Assembly: GCF_009914755.1 (NCBI RefSeq)
Contig: NC_060935.1
Direction: 5' to 3' (one strand)
DNA from: the human T2T-CHM13v2.0 reference genome, Homo sapiens
DNA length: 64,000 nucleotides
Part shown: positions 1 through 16,634 of the stretch, one piece after another
Position numbering within the stretch: the stretch's first letter is position 1
Layout: each line of letters opens with the position of its first letter
Position numbers and translations under genes: made by a program
The notes under the pieces: model-generated
Database searches by the model: none
Seen by the model: the letters and a program-made list of their open reading frames with translations, nothing else
What the model was told of the DNA's origin: nothing

Positions 1-189
1 TACAGATGCAGAATACCAATATAGGAACCTTCCCCCACCAGGTGATGCCCCGTGGCAAAACACTGTGGCCATGTCCTAGGTATACCAAACATCAGTGGCT
101 TTGACAGATGATGTGGCCCTGCCATCTTGCACTTTCACCCGCCTGATCCAAACTCTAAGCACCAGCAGTCCAGGCCGTGCCAGAGGCTG

Positions 190-385
190 AAGGAGCAGCA
201 CTACATGAAGAAAGATCACTGGATTGGGTATAGAGAAACTAATTAGGTAAGTCACTTAATCCCTCTGTCAGTTTCCACATCCATAAAATGGGGGATAATA
301 AACCTGCACTGCCTCCATCATAGGCTTTTTGAGTATCAACAAAGTTAATCCACGTGAAAGTGCTTGGGAAATCATGAAGGCTGAT
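190..385. mobile_element. MIR fragment
   Basis: MIR core-like 'aagtcacttaatccctctgtcagtttccacatccataaaatgggg'. Confidence 0.6.
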
Positions 386-488
386 GATAAATTATAACTA
401 GTGTTACAATGACTAGTTTTTTCCTGACCATGCAGGCATAGACACCTGAGACCCAGATTCACAACTATCTTGAAGAAAAGTGGTACAG

Positions 489-827
<339 letters not shown>

Positions 828-2249
828 AAGAAAAGTGGTACAGTACTATGCAGAAGCCACCAGCAGCTGGGCTGCTTGAATTGTTTGTCAAGCTGGGTGC
901 TCATAAATACAGGTTATTTAGAAGAGACTAGAAATAAACCAGGGAAGGGCCCCTAACAAAACAACTCCCCTACTGGCAAGCTGCATTGCCTCATATTGCA
1001 CCATTACGGCAGTCTTTTCTTAGTTGAAGCATTGTCCTTGGGAAGATTTTAAATGCAAATTTTCCTAGGAAGAGTAACATATTGACTGGTTACCAGTCAT
1101 TTATTCTGAGTTAGTCTATTCACAGATTCCTCAGGTAGTGCTCTTAAACAAGGAAATTAAACGGTAATTTCAATAGTGGGAAAAAGATTTGGGACACTGA
1201 GACAGGCCTTGAGAGGCAAATCTGGGTAGTACATGTATTGAGTGGGATGCAAGACGGCAGAGGAGGCACAGTTTCCAAACTCGTGAGATGAACACTAAAT
1301 AAAGGAGCGGTAAAGACTGCTGAACCAAACTCACTTACACTTTTTCTCAAGGTCTAAAAGGGGAAGAATTGGATCCTGTGCTTCTTTGCCTAATCCAAGT
1401 TCCTGTTTGCACTGATTCTTTGTCTTTTCCTCTAGGTAGCAGAGTTTACCTTGATATTGCTCCAAGTAATAGAAAAACAAAGCTAATTTAACATTCTTGA
1501 TTATTTCTCCTCATATATCACCATTTATCCCAGACAAGTAGCTATCTGCAAGGCTCTCCTAATGGGTTTTTTAAATCAAAAGTTCTTTAAAGTGGGTTGG
1601 AAGGCTTTTAATATAAATTAAAAGCCTTCAATATAAATTATTGGACTCATATAATAAGTCCAATATAAATTGGACTTATTATATAAGTCCAATATAAATT
1701 ATCTATTTTAAGAAAGAAGTACTCGATGTCCAAAAATGATCCTCTTAAGGCCATAGACCTGGGAAATGTTCTAGAACCCTCACTGGTATAACATGCTGCC
1801 TCAGTTTCCCCAGGGTGATCAGTGTGGAGAGCAGAAAACAAGGCAATGAGGGTCAGCAAACACCAGATGGACAGCTCACACTACTCAGATGGACCCTAAC
1901 AAGCTGTGTTCCCAAAGTCTGCACATTTGTGAACCTTTAAGCCAGCCAGCTCATCCATGTCCCAGCTAGCACCTATCAGGGAACACAAACTGCCCAGGGT
2001 GTCCATACAGTCCCACTTGATCCCACCCTTGCTCCGAATCCCTGTGCTCCTCAGTTCTGGTGGATTGTAGCCTTACTGGTCTTCCCTTTCATTTATGGCC
2101 CTGCTGTCATGCATTGTACTTGACCCCTGAATTTTGATCCCAAATGTGTTCCTCAAAACCCTCGACTCATTGCAGTAGGCTAGATTTACTTGCCACCAAA
2201 TATTCTGATTCTCCTTTCTGTGAGGATTATAGAAGCCTTCCCTGTTGAA

Positions 2250-2515
2250 CTCCAGAGTAGCTAAGGCTGACATGGCCAGTGAAAAGTGAGAAGTGCCACT
2301 AGGAACCAGAGCATGGCTTGCCATCTCTTTTCCCCAGGTCTCAACAACAGGGAATGCTTCAGGAAGAGACTGGCCTATCAGCCTGGACTCAGCACAGAGA
2401 TGTGGAACACAGCTGCAACTGGCCCATGCTGGAAATAGGAGTGAGAAATAAACTTTTATTGTTATAAATATTGATATTTGGGAGTCTCATTCGTTACTAC
2501 AGCATAACTGATTCA
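2250..2515 (+). mobile_element. MaLR LTR (MLT1-type) fragment
   Basis: 3' end 'gagtgagaaataaacttttattgtt...gttactacagcataac' is typical of MLT1 LTRs. Confidence 0.55.
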
Positions 2516-3558
2516 CACATCCTTGAATTCCTACCACATACAGCAACTTCATACAGACAGACTGCCAGGTTTGACTCCAGCCCCAACACACCTTGATCTT
2601 CAGAGAGGAAAGATAGGCCCAGGGAAAAGCATTGTGATTTTTGATGATTTCAGCACCTGGGTAGTGGTATGTCATGTCCTGAGACCTCTGATTTCATCTT
2701 TCTAAGTTAAAACCTTTAACAAAATCTCATCTCAGAACATATAATCCTACTTGATACTAGGGTCACCTTTGAATAAACTAAGCATTATCATATGGGAAGG
2801 CCGGGGTGGACTCTCATTACATGGATCTCTTTTAGACCTTATAAAACGAAATCAACCACGTAGCCTTCCCAGGCCATCCTTCTACTCGTTTAGTAAATTA
2901 CCAAACTCGATACAATACTACAAAATTGAATTTCCAAAAACCCAGCCATAATCATTAGAGGTGTTATTTTTCTATGTCAAATTTTCTTCATGTATGGATT
3001 TCATTTCTTCTCTTTATCGCCTTCTCAACAATGTAAATAAGATTGTAAGGTCAGAAGAACGCTGCTCTAGAGTTTGACAACGTAGGTTTAATTATGCCAC
3101 ATTCCCCCATTGTACCCATGGGCATGTTTTTAACTCTCTTGGGGCTTCCCCTCCTCATCTGCAAGTTTGGGATAACTACTCAGAGACTGCCAGTTGCTGT
3201 GGGGCGTGTCTGGCACAGAGTAAGTAGGCATTCCAGAACTGCTGGCTTCTCACTGTATTGCATTTTCCAAGCCCAGATTTCCTCCTTATTGATAACAGAT
3301 AAATTCCAGGGAGATCTATTTTCAGGAGGCATTGCCCCCATTAAGCTAACGTGTTAAAATTGTGTACATGTGTGTTTTTCCTCCTGTCCCTACCCTACTA
3401 CTCCAGGATGAGCATGGTATCTTGAGGGTGGAGATTGTGATATACTCTCATTTGCCACTTAAGTAGCTACCAAATGGCCTAGAGTGTAACAAATGTTCAA
3501 TATATATATATATATAAAATGACTGAGTGGACTCAAAATGGTGAGTCTTAGCAAGTAA

Positions 3559-3942
<384 letters not shown>

Positions 3943-4599
3943 TAAGCATCAGATGAAGGCAATAGGAATGTGAGTGTGTGCGTGCATGCATGCGTCTATG
4001 TGTGTGTGTACACAGAGCACCCTGAGGTCTTCAGGAGAGGAGTATTGTGTCAAACAAAACATGTTTTAAAAATGTATTTTGTTGAAATAAAATTCAAGAG
4101 GAGAGATCCTGCACCTCTGTGGCTAGTCATCGTTCATCCCTTTTTAACTTTGCCATGCCCTTAGAGGTTCAGCACTGAACAGACCCATTCTGCTGTACCG
4201 GCTGATTTTTATTGTGTTCAGGGTGTACACAATTTATTAGCAGGAGTTACAGCCACCCAGTGATTTAAATTATACATGAAATCTAATAAAATTTTTAAAA
4301 GGTAACCAACATCCCTGTCTGTGTTAAGTTTTGGAAAGTGTGAAAAATAAGCTTTTTGGTTTATTCTCGAATAGATCTGGGTCTTTATCTGGCCTCCTTC
4401 ATGCTTTCTCCCAAAGCTTGGGATTAGATCCAGAGGTGCCTAGGGGATCTCAATCCAGCACTTGGTAAAAAAAAAAAAAAAAAAAAAACTTTATTACTAT
4501 CAGTCAAGCTCTCATTTTGAGGTGCTTTGAAAATATAGGGTAGTTCTCTCCCCAAAAGTACTTTTGGTAAATATAATAAAGTGCCAGTGCTTTGCAAAT

Positions 4600-6495
4600 T
4601 GTGTTCTGCAGTCACCTCCCTCGAAGTTCCTGGGATGGAAGGGTTAAAATGCTGATTTCTGGGCTCTGCTTCAGATGGGTTGGATCAGAATTTCAGGGAG
4701 AAAGCTCAGGAATCAATATTGTTAATAAGCTCCCTAGGTAAATCTTCTATATACTAAATTGCGAGAATCACTGATATATTTGTTATGAATGTGGGTTCTA
4801 GACTCAGGTGGAGCCAAGTTTGAATTCTTACTAGCAGATTACTTAACTTCCCTAGACCTCAACACCCACACATCTGAAAAATTACCTTGTAATTTGTTGG
4901 AAAGATAAAGTGAAACGAGATTATGCATGTAAAGCAGTGCTTCTCAAACTCTGTGTGCATAGAAATCACCTGGGGATTTTGTTAAAATGCACATTCTGAT
5001 GCAGTGGATGTGAGTTGGGGCCTGAGATTCTTACTTCTTGTAGCAAGCTTCCTAGTAAAGCCAGTGCTGCTGGTCCTCTATCCACACGTTGGGCAATTAG
5101 CAGGCCTACAGTAAGTTTTAATAATCATTAGCTCTTCCATTATTCAGCTTGGTGAAGATGGAAAGAGAGAGTGTGCAGTGATTTTTACGAAACCTTCATC
5201 ATCCATTGGAATCACATGTGGTGCTTTGAAAAATGCAGATGCCAAGCCAGGTGTGGTGGCACATCTGAGGTGGGAGGATCACTTAAACCAGGAAGCTCAA
5301 GACCAGCCTGGGCAACACAGCAAGACCCCGGTCCCTTAAAAAATTTTAAATGAAAAAAATGCAGATGCCTGAACTCCTGTCTCTGAAGATGCTGATTTGG
5401 TATCTTCTCGGTGGAGCCCAGGAATCTATGTTTTTAAAGTGCTACAAGTGATCCAGAATAGATAGATGTAAAGTAATAAGTATCTTGGGTAAAACTTATT
5501 TTGTAGCCACTGAGAAAGTGTCCAAATGTCCCCCTGGTACAAAACTCTTATTCACCATAATGCCAGTCTAAAACACACTATCTGAGTCATGGCCATCCAA
5601 AGAGGAGATAAAAAATTTTTGCCTTAGACCCTAGGCTGCTCTAGAGCCTCTAGCAATTCTAGAGCCAGTCTCCATTGCCCTTCTATCCTTTACTGTGCAA
5701 AGGAAGAATGGGTTATAAGAGGCAAACACCATGGGAAATCCAACTCCATCACTTACTAGCTATGGGATCTTGGGCATGACTTTAATTTCCTGTTCCTCAG
5801 GTACCTCATCTATAAAATGTGGATAATATCAAACTCACCTACCTCATAAACACATTGTGAGAATAAAATGAATACCCTATAACCTTGCTGCTCAAAATGT
5901 GGTCCGTGGACCATCAGTATCAGCATCACCTGAGAGCTTGCTTGATATGCCAAATCTCAGATCTACTAAATAAGAATCTGCATTTTAACAAGATACCTTC
6001 CCCACAGTGATTCCTATGCAAAGTTTGCAAAACACCACTTTATAGTATTAAAAAATTATGAGGAAGAGTTATAAGATAAAATAGTCCTTATTCTTTAAGA
6101 TCTCACAGTCTCATTAAGAAGGGGCAAGCTTTATATTATATGTGAACAATTAGAGAGGGCTACAAAGCCCACAAAATCAAATGATAAATAGTGTCCATAC
6201 TTTTCCAGAAAACAGAGCAATTTAAAAAACAATAGCAGCAACCACATTGTTTGATCATCTTCCTAGGTCTGATTATAATAATCAGTGCTCTCCAAATGTT
6301 CTCGCAATCAAGAAACAAAGAATGATAATACATTGAAGTGGAATTAAAGGATGATGTTGTTCAAAACCAGAGTCAATTGTTTTGGGCACAGCTTCTGAAC
6401 TTCCTGGCAAATCACCTGGACATCTGTGACAATGCAGATTCTGAAACTCCCAGAAAATGTCCATGCTGCTAGTCCACAAACAGTACTTTGAGGAG
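4600..6495. mobile_element. Cluster of MER5-type (hAT-Charlie) MITEs and MIR pieces, one split by an Alu monomer (~5243-5345)
   Basis: Repeated 'cagtgcttctcaaact...atcacctgg...aaatgcagattc' motifs at ~4933, 5175, 5885 and 6283. Confidence 0.65.
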
Positions 6496-7129
6496 TAAGG
6501 GTTGGGGATTCAGGCCACCCAGGGCCTCTACCAGCAGCCATGTTTACCAGGAATAAATATGTCAGTACACTTTAACCCATCTGTGGGACAATGGATGGAA
6601 AGCGCTACCCTAACTCATCCCATTTATACTGGGACGAGAAAGTATTGTTTCTGCACCTGAGGACATCTTTAGTGCCTGATACACAGGGGGATGAGAGGGA
6701 GACAGCTGCCTTAGCTATGCTTATGTATAGCACCACTTAGTGGTGATATATGTCAGCCAATACTGCTGAGGAAACAAGGGAAATTGCTGTTGGATATATG
6801 ATTCTACTGCCTGAGAAGCCTGTCAGTGTAAACTTTTCTGTTTCTCCAGAACCTGTGGAGTTGTGTTCATTTATGTGTCTCTCCTCGGAGCAGAACCTTG
6901 TGAGTGCACAGTTTCCAGGAACTATACGATGTTCTCCCTCTGACACCTGCTTTACGTATAGATGTTTAACAACTGTGCCAGCTCACCCTTCCCTGAACTC
7001 CCCAAGTAATTGGCTTCATGTCACTTTGCCTTGGTATAGCATTCCTACTCCCCAGATTCATGGTACTATATGTTTGATGGGTCACGTAGTGCTGTACCAC
7101 CTCCTTCTACCTACTCATGATATAAAACT

Positions 7130-7760
7130 TTATCAAGACATTTACCTCCAAGGAAAGAATATGCTTAATAAACATTACCAAGAAAGCCTAAGAAGGCTCA
7201 ATATTCAAATATTCATTCACATAACTATGTTCTTATTGGAGAAATCAAAAACTACAAGGGAAAAATGAATGATTTTGCATTAAAAATTTACCTTCTTTTT
7301 GGCAAAAACACCAAAAATAAGATGAAAAGACAAATGCTAAACTGAAAAAAAAATGGCAATTTAAACAAAGATTTAATGCAGAAAGAACAAGTCAGTACAG
7401 GAAATAATTGCAATAGAAAAGTGGACAAAGAATAAAATCTAGGAATTCACACAAATGATATATATAAACGGTCAAGAAATATATACAGAAAAACATTCAA
7501 ATAATCCTAAAATGTAAATATTTGCCTATCAGACTACTAAAGATGAAAAGTATTGACAAAGTTGATAGGTTTTGTCAATACTTTTTCATCTTTAGTAATC
7601 TGATAGGCAAATATTTTCAGTTGGGTCAATAGTACTCTGTTGATGGGAACATAAATGGTTGAATGTGTCAAATATGTCTTTAATATTCATACCCTTGGTG
7701 TCAGTAATCCCACTCCTAAAAACCTATCATAAAAAGATAACTACACTAGAAGATGAATAT
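7130..7760 (+). mobile_element. Old L1 (L1M-type) fragment
   Basis: A-rich, L1 ORF2 3'/UTR-like motifs ('gaaaagtggacaaagaat', 'cagtaatcccactcct'). Confidence 0.5.
7516..7616. repeat. 45/46-bp inverted repeat with 10-nt loop
   Basis: Arms 7516-7560 and 7571-7616 differ by one mismatch and one indel. Confidence 0.95.
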
Positions 7761-7767
7761 TCATTAT

Positions 7768-9553
<1,786 letters not shown>

Positions 9554-10624
9554 AAAGAAGATTTTTTTTAACGAGATGGGCGTTATTATCTCATATCTGT
9601 TTGCTAAAGAAACAGTATAGCACAGAGAGGAAAAATGGCAAAGGAAAAACAGGGACAACTGTTTGATTAAGGGAGATAGGATGAGATCTAATAAATAAAA
9701 GAGAAGATACCTTGGAAAGAAGCAAACACAAAGAATTTATTACACAATTGTTTATAGTGGTAAAAAACCTGAAAATTAATAAAAAGTTTATCAGCAGGTA
9801 CTGGGTAAGCAATTTAAGGGGTTTAAGTACAAAACAACAAAACATAATCATTAAAACTGTTAGTGAAGATTCTATATTTATTTACATGGTAATGCATGCA
9901 CAATAAAAAGCAAAACGAAACAAAACAAAAACCAGCATAGTCAAGTCCTGACTAAAAATGATTAAAAGTGCTTTATCTACATAAGATTCGAAGATAGTTT
10001 CTGCTTTCTTCTTTATGATATTCCATATTATTTTTTACAATAGACACATATAATATGCTTAAAACTCTTTTCTCTCCTTAGAGCCACTGCCTAAGGCAGG
10101 CAGTGCCTCTCGCTGAAGCTCTGTTAGAGGCTTTGAATGGTGACTTAATATCAAGTCCTTTCAAGACTTCCTCCTTAACCTATCTACCACTCCCCACAAA
10201 CAGCAATACAAATCCCAACTCTGCCACGTATTAGCTGCTTGCTTTCGAGCAATGTATTTAACCTTCACAAGCCTATTCCTTCACCCGTAAAATAATGATT
10301 TGAAAAATCTGCCTCAGAAGATTGCTGTGTGGGTCAAGGAAGACAATGTAGGTAAAGTGCCTAGCACAGTGCCTGGCACGTAACAGGTACTGAATACCAG
10401 GCTGTTGTTACCTGGGTGTGCTACCCTCGTGCACTAACACATTTCGAGAGGATGACAATGGGGGACCCTGCTCTTGCCAGTAGCAATGCTGCTGCCTTTG
10501 CTTTTTCCTATTTCTGGTGATGCTGTTCTCCTCTTGTCTGATGCAGGGGAATTTGTGAGAATAGGAAAAGAAAAAATTTCTGAGTCTTCTCACTCGCCCA
10601 CAAATATTCCAAAATTTGGCTAAT

Positions 10625-10640
10625 CCGCCCCCTAGTGGCA
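10625..10640 (-). promoter_or_regulatory. Candidate CTCF site
   Basis: Reverse complement TGCCACTAGGGGGCGG matches the CTCF core CCACYAGGGGGCG. Confidence 0.7.
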
Positions 10641-11102
10641 GACATTATAATTTCTGTCACTTTTTTTCCAACTGGAATTGCAAGAAAATACCCATAAAGG
10701 ATTCATTTGAGATATTTGCCGCATCTCCTACTACCGGCCTTGTCACTACCATGTAAAGGCAGGACAGTGCCTAAACTGGCCCATTGCTTGCTTCCTTATG
10801 TTAAGGCTTTGAATGTCTTTCTTAAAATGCAAACATGCGCCTAGGAAGAGTAGTCTAACTGAATCCTTCAGCCTGAACTAGCTAGCCTGAAGGACGAGAT
10901 GCAGAGTAGATGAGGGTCAGGAGAGGCCATGAGAGGCTAGCCATAAAGGTGAGTCATCAAGGGGGCCTGTGGCTATCTCAGGGGTGAGGAGCAGAAGGCA
11001 CAGGTGCCAAAAATGCTTCCCCTGCTCCCTCAAAAATCATAAATGTTTATCTAGGAGTCATACCTTAGAACAGAGATGGATGTCATAAAACTAGAACATA
11101 GC

Positions 11103-11413
<311 letters not shown>

Positions 11414-12599
11414 TGAAGGAAAGGAATGCAAAATTTCCTAGCCCAAAAGGTGACTCTTTTTAACATGTTAGTATGCATTTGTGCTGGCAAAAAGACCCTT
11501 AGATTTTGAGTCAAAAGACCAGGGATTGAGTGCTCCTCTTGTGGTTGACAAGATGAGTAATAACAGGCAAGCTATTTAGCCTTTCTGAGCGTGAATTTTG
11601 TCATCTGTAGAATGGGCATGATGGTGGTAATTCTGCTCTCAGTGAAATGTGTATGGTTTTGTTTGTTATTTAGGTCTTCCTGAGATTGGCGTGCCGTGAC
11701 TAGGGTTGAAGGTGAAAGAGGGACATTTACTGAAAAGGTACACACCTCTTCTGACCTGGGCCTGGCGGCTTGATGACATTAGATTGTGAAGCCCTTAGCT
11801 CTTTAATAAAGCTGAGGAGAGAATGTGCAGGATGCATAGATCCCTATCAGAGAGCTTGGGGAAAATCCCAAAAGTGAAATCCCAATAGTGAAGTCTTAGG
11901 AGCAAAGATGGGAGGGTAGAGAAAAAGAAAGTGGGGGAAAAGGCAGGGGCAGAATAGAAGCTTGAAACTTGCTAAGTATTACTGGAGATGAGATTTCAAA
12001 GAAGTAGGATAAGGGCTTTATCTAACGGAGAAAGGTCAACATGAGCCCAAATGTGGAACCCACAGACATGGTGTGAGGGAGATGGAACATGCTGGAGGGG
12101 CCTCCGGGAGCTCCAGAAAAGGTGATTCTGTAATGGGTGGTGCATGACTGAAATGGTGATAAGACCATATGCAACAGATCTGACTTCAGAATTGGGTCAT
12201 CAGGTGCCACTCAATAGGAACAAGTCAAGTAAAAGAGGGTACACCAGGCACAAAGTTTAATCACACCAGACATATAGTGGAAAAGGCCTCCCTACTAGCC
12301 AATGAATTAAAGCCCAGAATTATTTTTTAAGCTAGATCATACTACAATAATCAGGACATGGATCTGAAAAACAGTCTATTATTTGTGAGTACATACATTC
12401 TTTCATTTGTTCATCAGATATTTATTGAGGATTACCTATTGTTCTAGCCCCGTAGAGATGCGGTTTCCTTCAAGGTAGAAGGTGTGATTAAAGTTTAGCA
12501 GAGAAAGTTCAGGATACCTACAGATCACAGCTGGCTAGAAGAGAAACACATATAGCATAGACCATTGTTCACACAAGAACTCAGTAAATATTTATTGAG

Positions 12600-12971
12600 T
12601 GATATGTTTTGGCTCTGCATCCCCACCCAAATCTCACCTCGAATTGTAATCCCCACATGTTGAGGGAGGGACCTGCAATTCCCATGTGTCGAAGGAGGGA
12701 CGTGACTGGATCATGGGGGTGGTTTTTCCCATGCTGTGCTCATGATAGTGAGTGAGTTATGGTTTTATAAATGTTTGGAAGTTCCTCCTTCGTGCTTCTC
12801 TCTCTCTTCTGCTACCCATGTAAGACTTGCCTGCTTCCCCTTCCACCATGATTATAAGTTTCCTGAGGTCTCCCCAGCCATGCAGACTGTGAACCAATTA
12901 AACCTCTTTTCCTTATAAATTACCCCATCTTGGGTATTTCTTAAGAGCAGTGCAAAAAAAGGAATAATACA
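12600..12971 (+). mobile_element. MaLR solo LTR (THE1/MST-type)
   Basis: Begins TGATATG...ccccacccaaatctcac and ends AATACA; 5-bp TSD TTGAG on both sides. Confidence 0.9.
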
Positions 12972-13494
12972 TTGAGTGATTGGGGTGGAGTCAAATACAA
13001 TGGGGTGAGCAGAAAGGAATGGGAAGGGTATGGACTTTACTGTTAGAAATGTCTGGGTAAAAACCCCAGCTCTGTCACTTGAGCCATGTAATACCAGGCT
13101 ACTTAAGGACTCAATAAAATGGTAGACATTAGAATTTGTAAGACAACATTTGCCTTGAAAGATGGGTAGCTTTTAGATTTGTGGCTATGAAGGGAAGGGC
13201 ATTTTTATCTCACTACTTATCAGTGCATACTTAGCTTGATGCTCTCAGGAATCATCCTTTCCATAGACAAGCTCACATTTTAAGCCAGCAGCACAGCAGG
13301 CATACTAGGAAGATGTGGGCAACACTTGGAGTCACACAACAGTAATTCCACACTAATAAGAAGCAACTATTCCACCTACTTTGCCCATGCAAAATATTAT
13401 GATTTTATACTGCGAAATCCTGAGTTGGGAGTCATATGAACAAACGGGGTTGTTTCAAGTACTTCACAATCCTTGCACTAGCTTCAAGAGGAAG

Positions 13495-13980
13495 TGTTAG
13501 GACTTAACTGTGTTCCTCAGGAAACCATATGTTGAAATCTCAAGCCCCAACACCTCTGCATGTGACTTTGTTTGGAAATAGGATCATTGCAGATGTAATT
13601 AAAGATGAGATTATACTAGAGTAGAGTGGGCCCCAAACCTAGTATGACTGGTGTCCTTGGAAAAAGGGGAAATTTGGACACATACACACACACACACATA
13701 CACACACACACACAAACACACACAAACACACCCACACACAGGGAGAACGCCATCTGAAGCTGAAGGCAGATATTGGGATGACGCATCTGCAAGTCAAGGA
13801 ACTACCAGAAGCTAGGAGGTTTAGAACAGACCCTTCCCTAGAATCTTCAGAGGGAATATGGCCCTGCCAACAGATACTTTGATCTCATACTTCTAGCCTC
13901 AAGAATTGTGAGATAATTAACATCTGTTGTTTAAGTTACTCAGTTTGCAGGACTTTGTTATGGCAGCCATAGCAAACTAT
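13495..13980 (+). mobile_element. MaLR LTR (MLT1A-C type) containing a (CA)n tract at ~13679-13740
   Basis: MLT1 motifs 'tatgttgaaatc', 'ttggaaatagg' and 'tttgttatggcagccatagcaaacta'. Confidence 0.8.
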
Positions 13981-14368
13981 TAAAGGAAGTCTTTACAGTT
14001 TTTAAGAAAGGAGAGAGAGAATGTTTGGGGTAGAAACAAGATACCCTGCCCAAGGAGGGAAAAGCAAAAATGCAAGGAGACAGCTGAAGAAAACGACCCC
14101 CAGAGATGAGTGTCTGAGGCTGGATCAGATGTGTAGATAATACTGAGAGGGAGGAAGTTGAAGAGACAAAATTTCCTTTGAACAACAATACATCATAATG
14201 ACTCTAAGAGATAAGATCTGTACATAGGAGACTTATACTGAAGGGTCTGCTATAATGCAATGAGAAAACTAAGCTTGTGGTTAGGAAATATCACCAATTC
14301 ACCTGTTGATTCCAAAATGTCCAGTATAGCATCGAGCTTATTTACCTCATATAGGGCTTTGTGTAGAA

Positions 14369-14530
14369 CAGTGTTTCTCAAACTTTCATGTGTATACACA
14401 TTGCCTGCAGATCTAGTTAAAACACAGATTCTGGTTCAGCAGGTTTGGGGAGAAGCCTCAGAGTCTGCATTCCTAACAAGCTCCCAGGTGATGCCAACAC
14501 TGCTGGTCCTTGGACCACCCTTTGGGTAGC
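14369..14530. mobile_element. MER5A-type MITE
   Basis: 'cagtgtttctcaaact...tctgcattcctaacaagctcccaggtgatg...ggaccaccctttgggtagca'. Confidence 0.75.
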
Positions 14531-15827
14531 AAGGGTGTAGGTTACAGTTATGTTCACAGGTAAATGAAAATAATTTTGGACAAAGGGAATGCTAAGTAAA
14601 CAGAACTGATTGATGTTCTTGTTCTCTGTAAGCTGGATCAGTTCAAGTGAGTCAAATGGCAGTAACAAAGAAATGGTGGTACGGCAGTCACCTGCCCTGA
14701 GTCTGGACTGGTGGCTAAATCATAGGAGGATCTTTTATAGTTATTTATATGCTTCTATGTAAGATATTTAGAAATTTTCTATTTGATCTTTACGACGCAA
14801 AATTTTAAAATGTAATCTTTACAACTGCTCTATGAGATAGGGTAGGTATTAATATTTCTGGCACACATGGTGCATAATAAATGTTTGGTATTTTTATCCC
14901 TATTTTATAAATAGAGATTGAGCTTTGGAGGTTAACTGTTGGTCAAGTAGATGTTCAAACACACATCTTCAAAACTCTTCCCCACCCTACCCAAGCCCCC
15001 TCAATGGCTATGTACTTTTTTGGGTTGTATATGATTTCCTTTTTTTTTCTTTTTAACTAGACTTCTCTCTCTCTCTTTAAGCATGAAACTCAAACTCTAC
15101 CCACTTATGTCTTAACAGGTATTCGTATTTTTGATACACATCATATTAGCAATGTGCTGGGAAAGATTTAAAAGATGGAACAGAGCCAGTGAATTTCCCT
15201 ATTATCTCCTCTTGCTTCTTACTGTCTTTAAGCAAGTGGCTCAATTCCTTGGCTCAACTCCTACCCTATACCTCTAAAAAATATTTACAGCTTTTAAAAG
15301 TTTTTCTCAGCCTATCCTTCCTCTCCTGCCTGGCACTCTTAATTTCACTCCTGGTAGTAGCTCTAAATTATTCTACCGAGACACCGTCACTTGTTAAGCT
15401 CCTGTGGTGTGTATATTAGGGAGAAAGAGGGCAGTTAGCATATGGTCAGATGGAAGTTCTTTGATTACTTTTGTTCTTGCAGAGATCCCCCTTTTTTCTG
15501 GTGTTTATACATAAGAATTATTGAGGGTTCCTCCCCACTTAAATATCATTTGCTTATATTGGATGTGGATAAAGATGAAACAGTGAAACCGTTGCCATCA
15601 GAGAAACATCTTAAACTGTTCAAATCTTAAATGGCTTCAGTTGCATTTTGAAGAGTGGCAGCATTATAAACCAGTGACACTAATGTCATTACTGCTGAGG
15701 ACAATTCTTCCTCTTGATCACTGGTTACTGAGGTTCATTCTCAATAGGTTAACAATACTAGAAACTAAATACACATACTTCTCCCTAGGCCTAAACTCTA
15801 CAAAAAGACTGAATTAAAAATCAAACC

Positions 15828-15965
15828 AGGCCGGGTGTGGTGGCTCATGCCTGTAATCACAGCACTTTGGGAGGCCAAGGTGGGAGGATCACTTGAGTCC
15901 AGGAGTTGAAACCAACATGGGCAACAAAGCAATAGCCCATCTCTACTAAAAAAGAAAAAAAAAAA
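15828..15965 (+). mobile_element. Alu left monomer (FLAM-like)
   Basis: Single Alu arm plus A tail. Confidence 0.85.
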
Positions 15966-16248
15966 TCAAATCCAAAACACCAATAAACACATTTAAGAGT
16001 TTGGGTTTTTTTCCCTCTCTTGTATTCTAAAATGAATGTATTAAAATTAAAGCCAAAAAAGGTAACATTTATTGCACATGTTGTGCCAGACATTGTTTCA
16101 AGAGCTTTAAACCTCACAAGAACCTGAGTACTTTTACTACATCTCTTTAAGAGATGAGGAAACAGACTTTTAAAGAAGTCCAGTAACTAGCTCAAAGTCA
16201 CAGAGTTAGCCAGAAATTTAAATCCATTTGGAAGAAATCTATGTAACA

Positions 16249-16553
<305 letters not shown>

Positions 16554-16634
16554 TAAACATTATTCTATACTATCTCCCAAGATGTCCAGATGTGTTTGTC
16601 TATGAGAATTTAAATAAAAATCTACAGCCCTTTT

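Noticed and set aside
6750-7268. 172-aa intergenic ORF
   Set aside because: No recognisable domain or splice/promoter context, and the 3' part runs into an L1 relic; likely a chance ORF.
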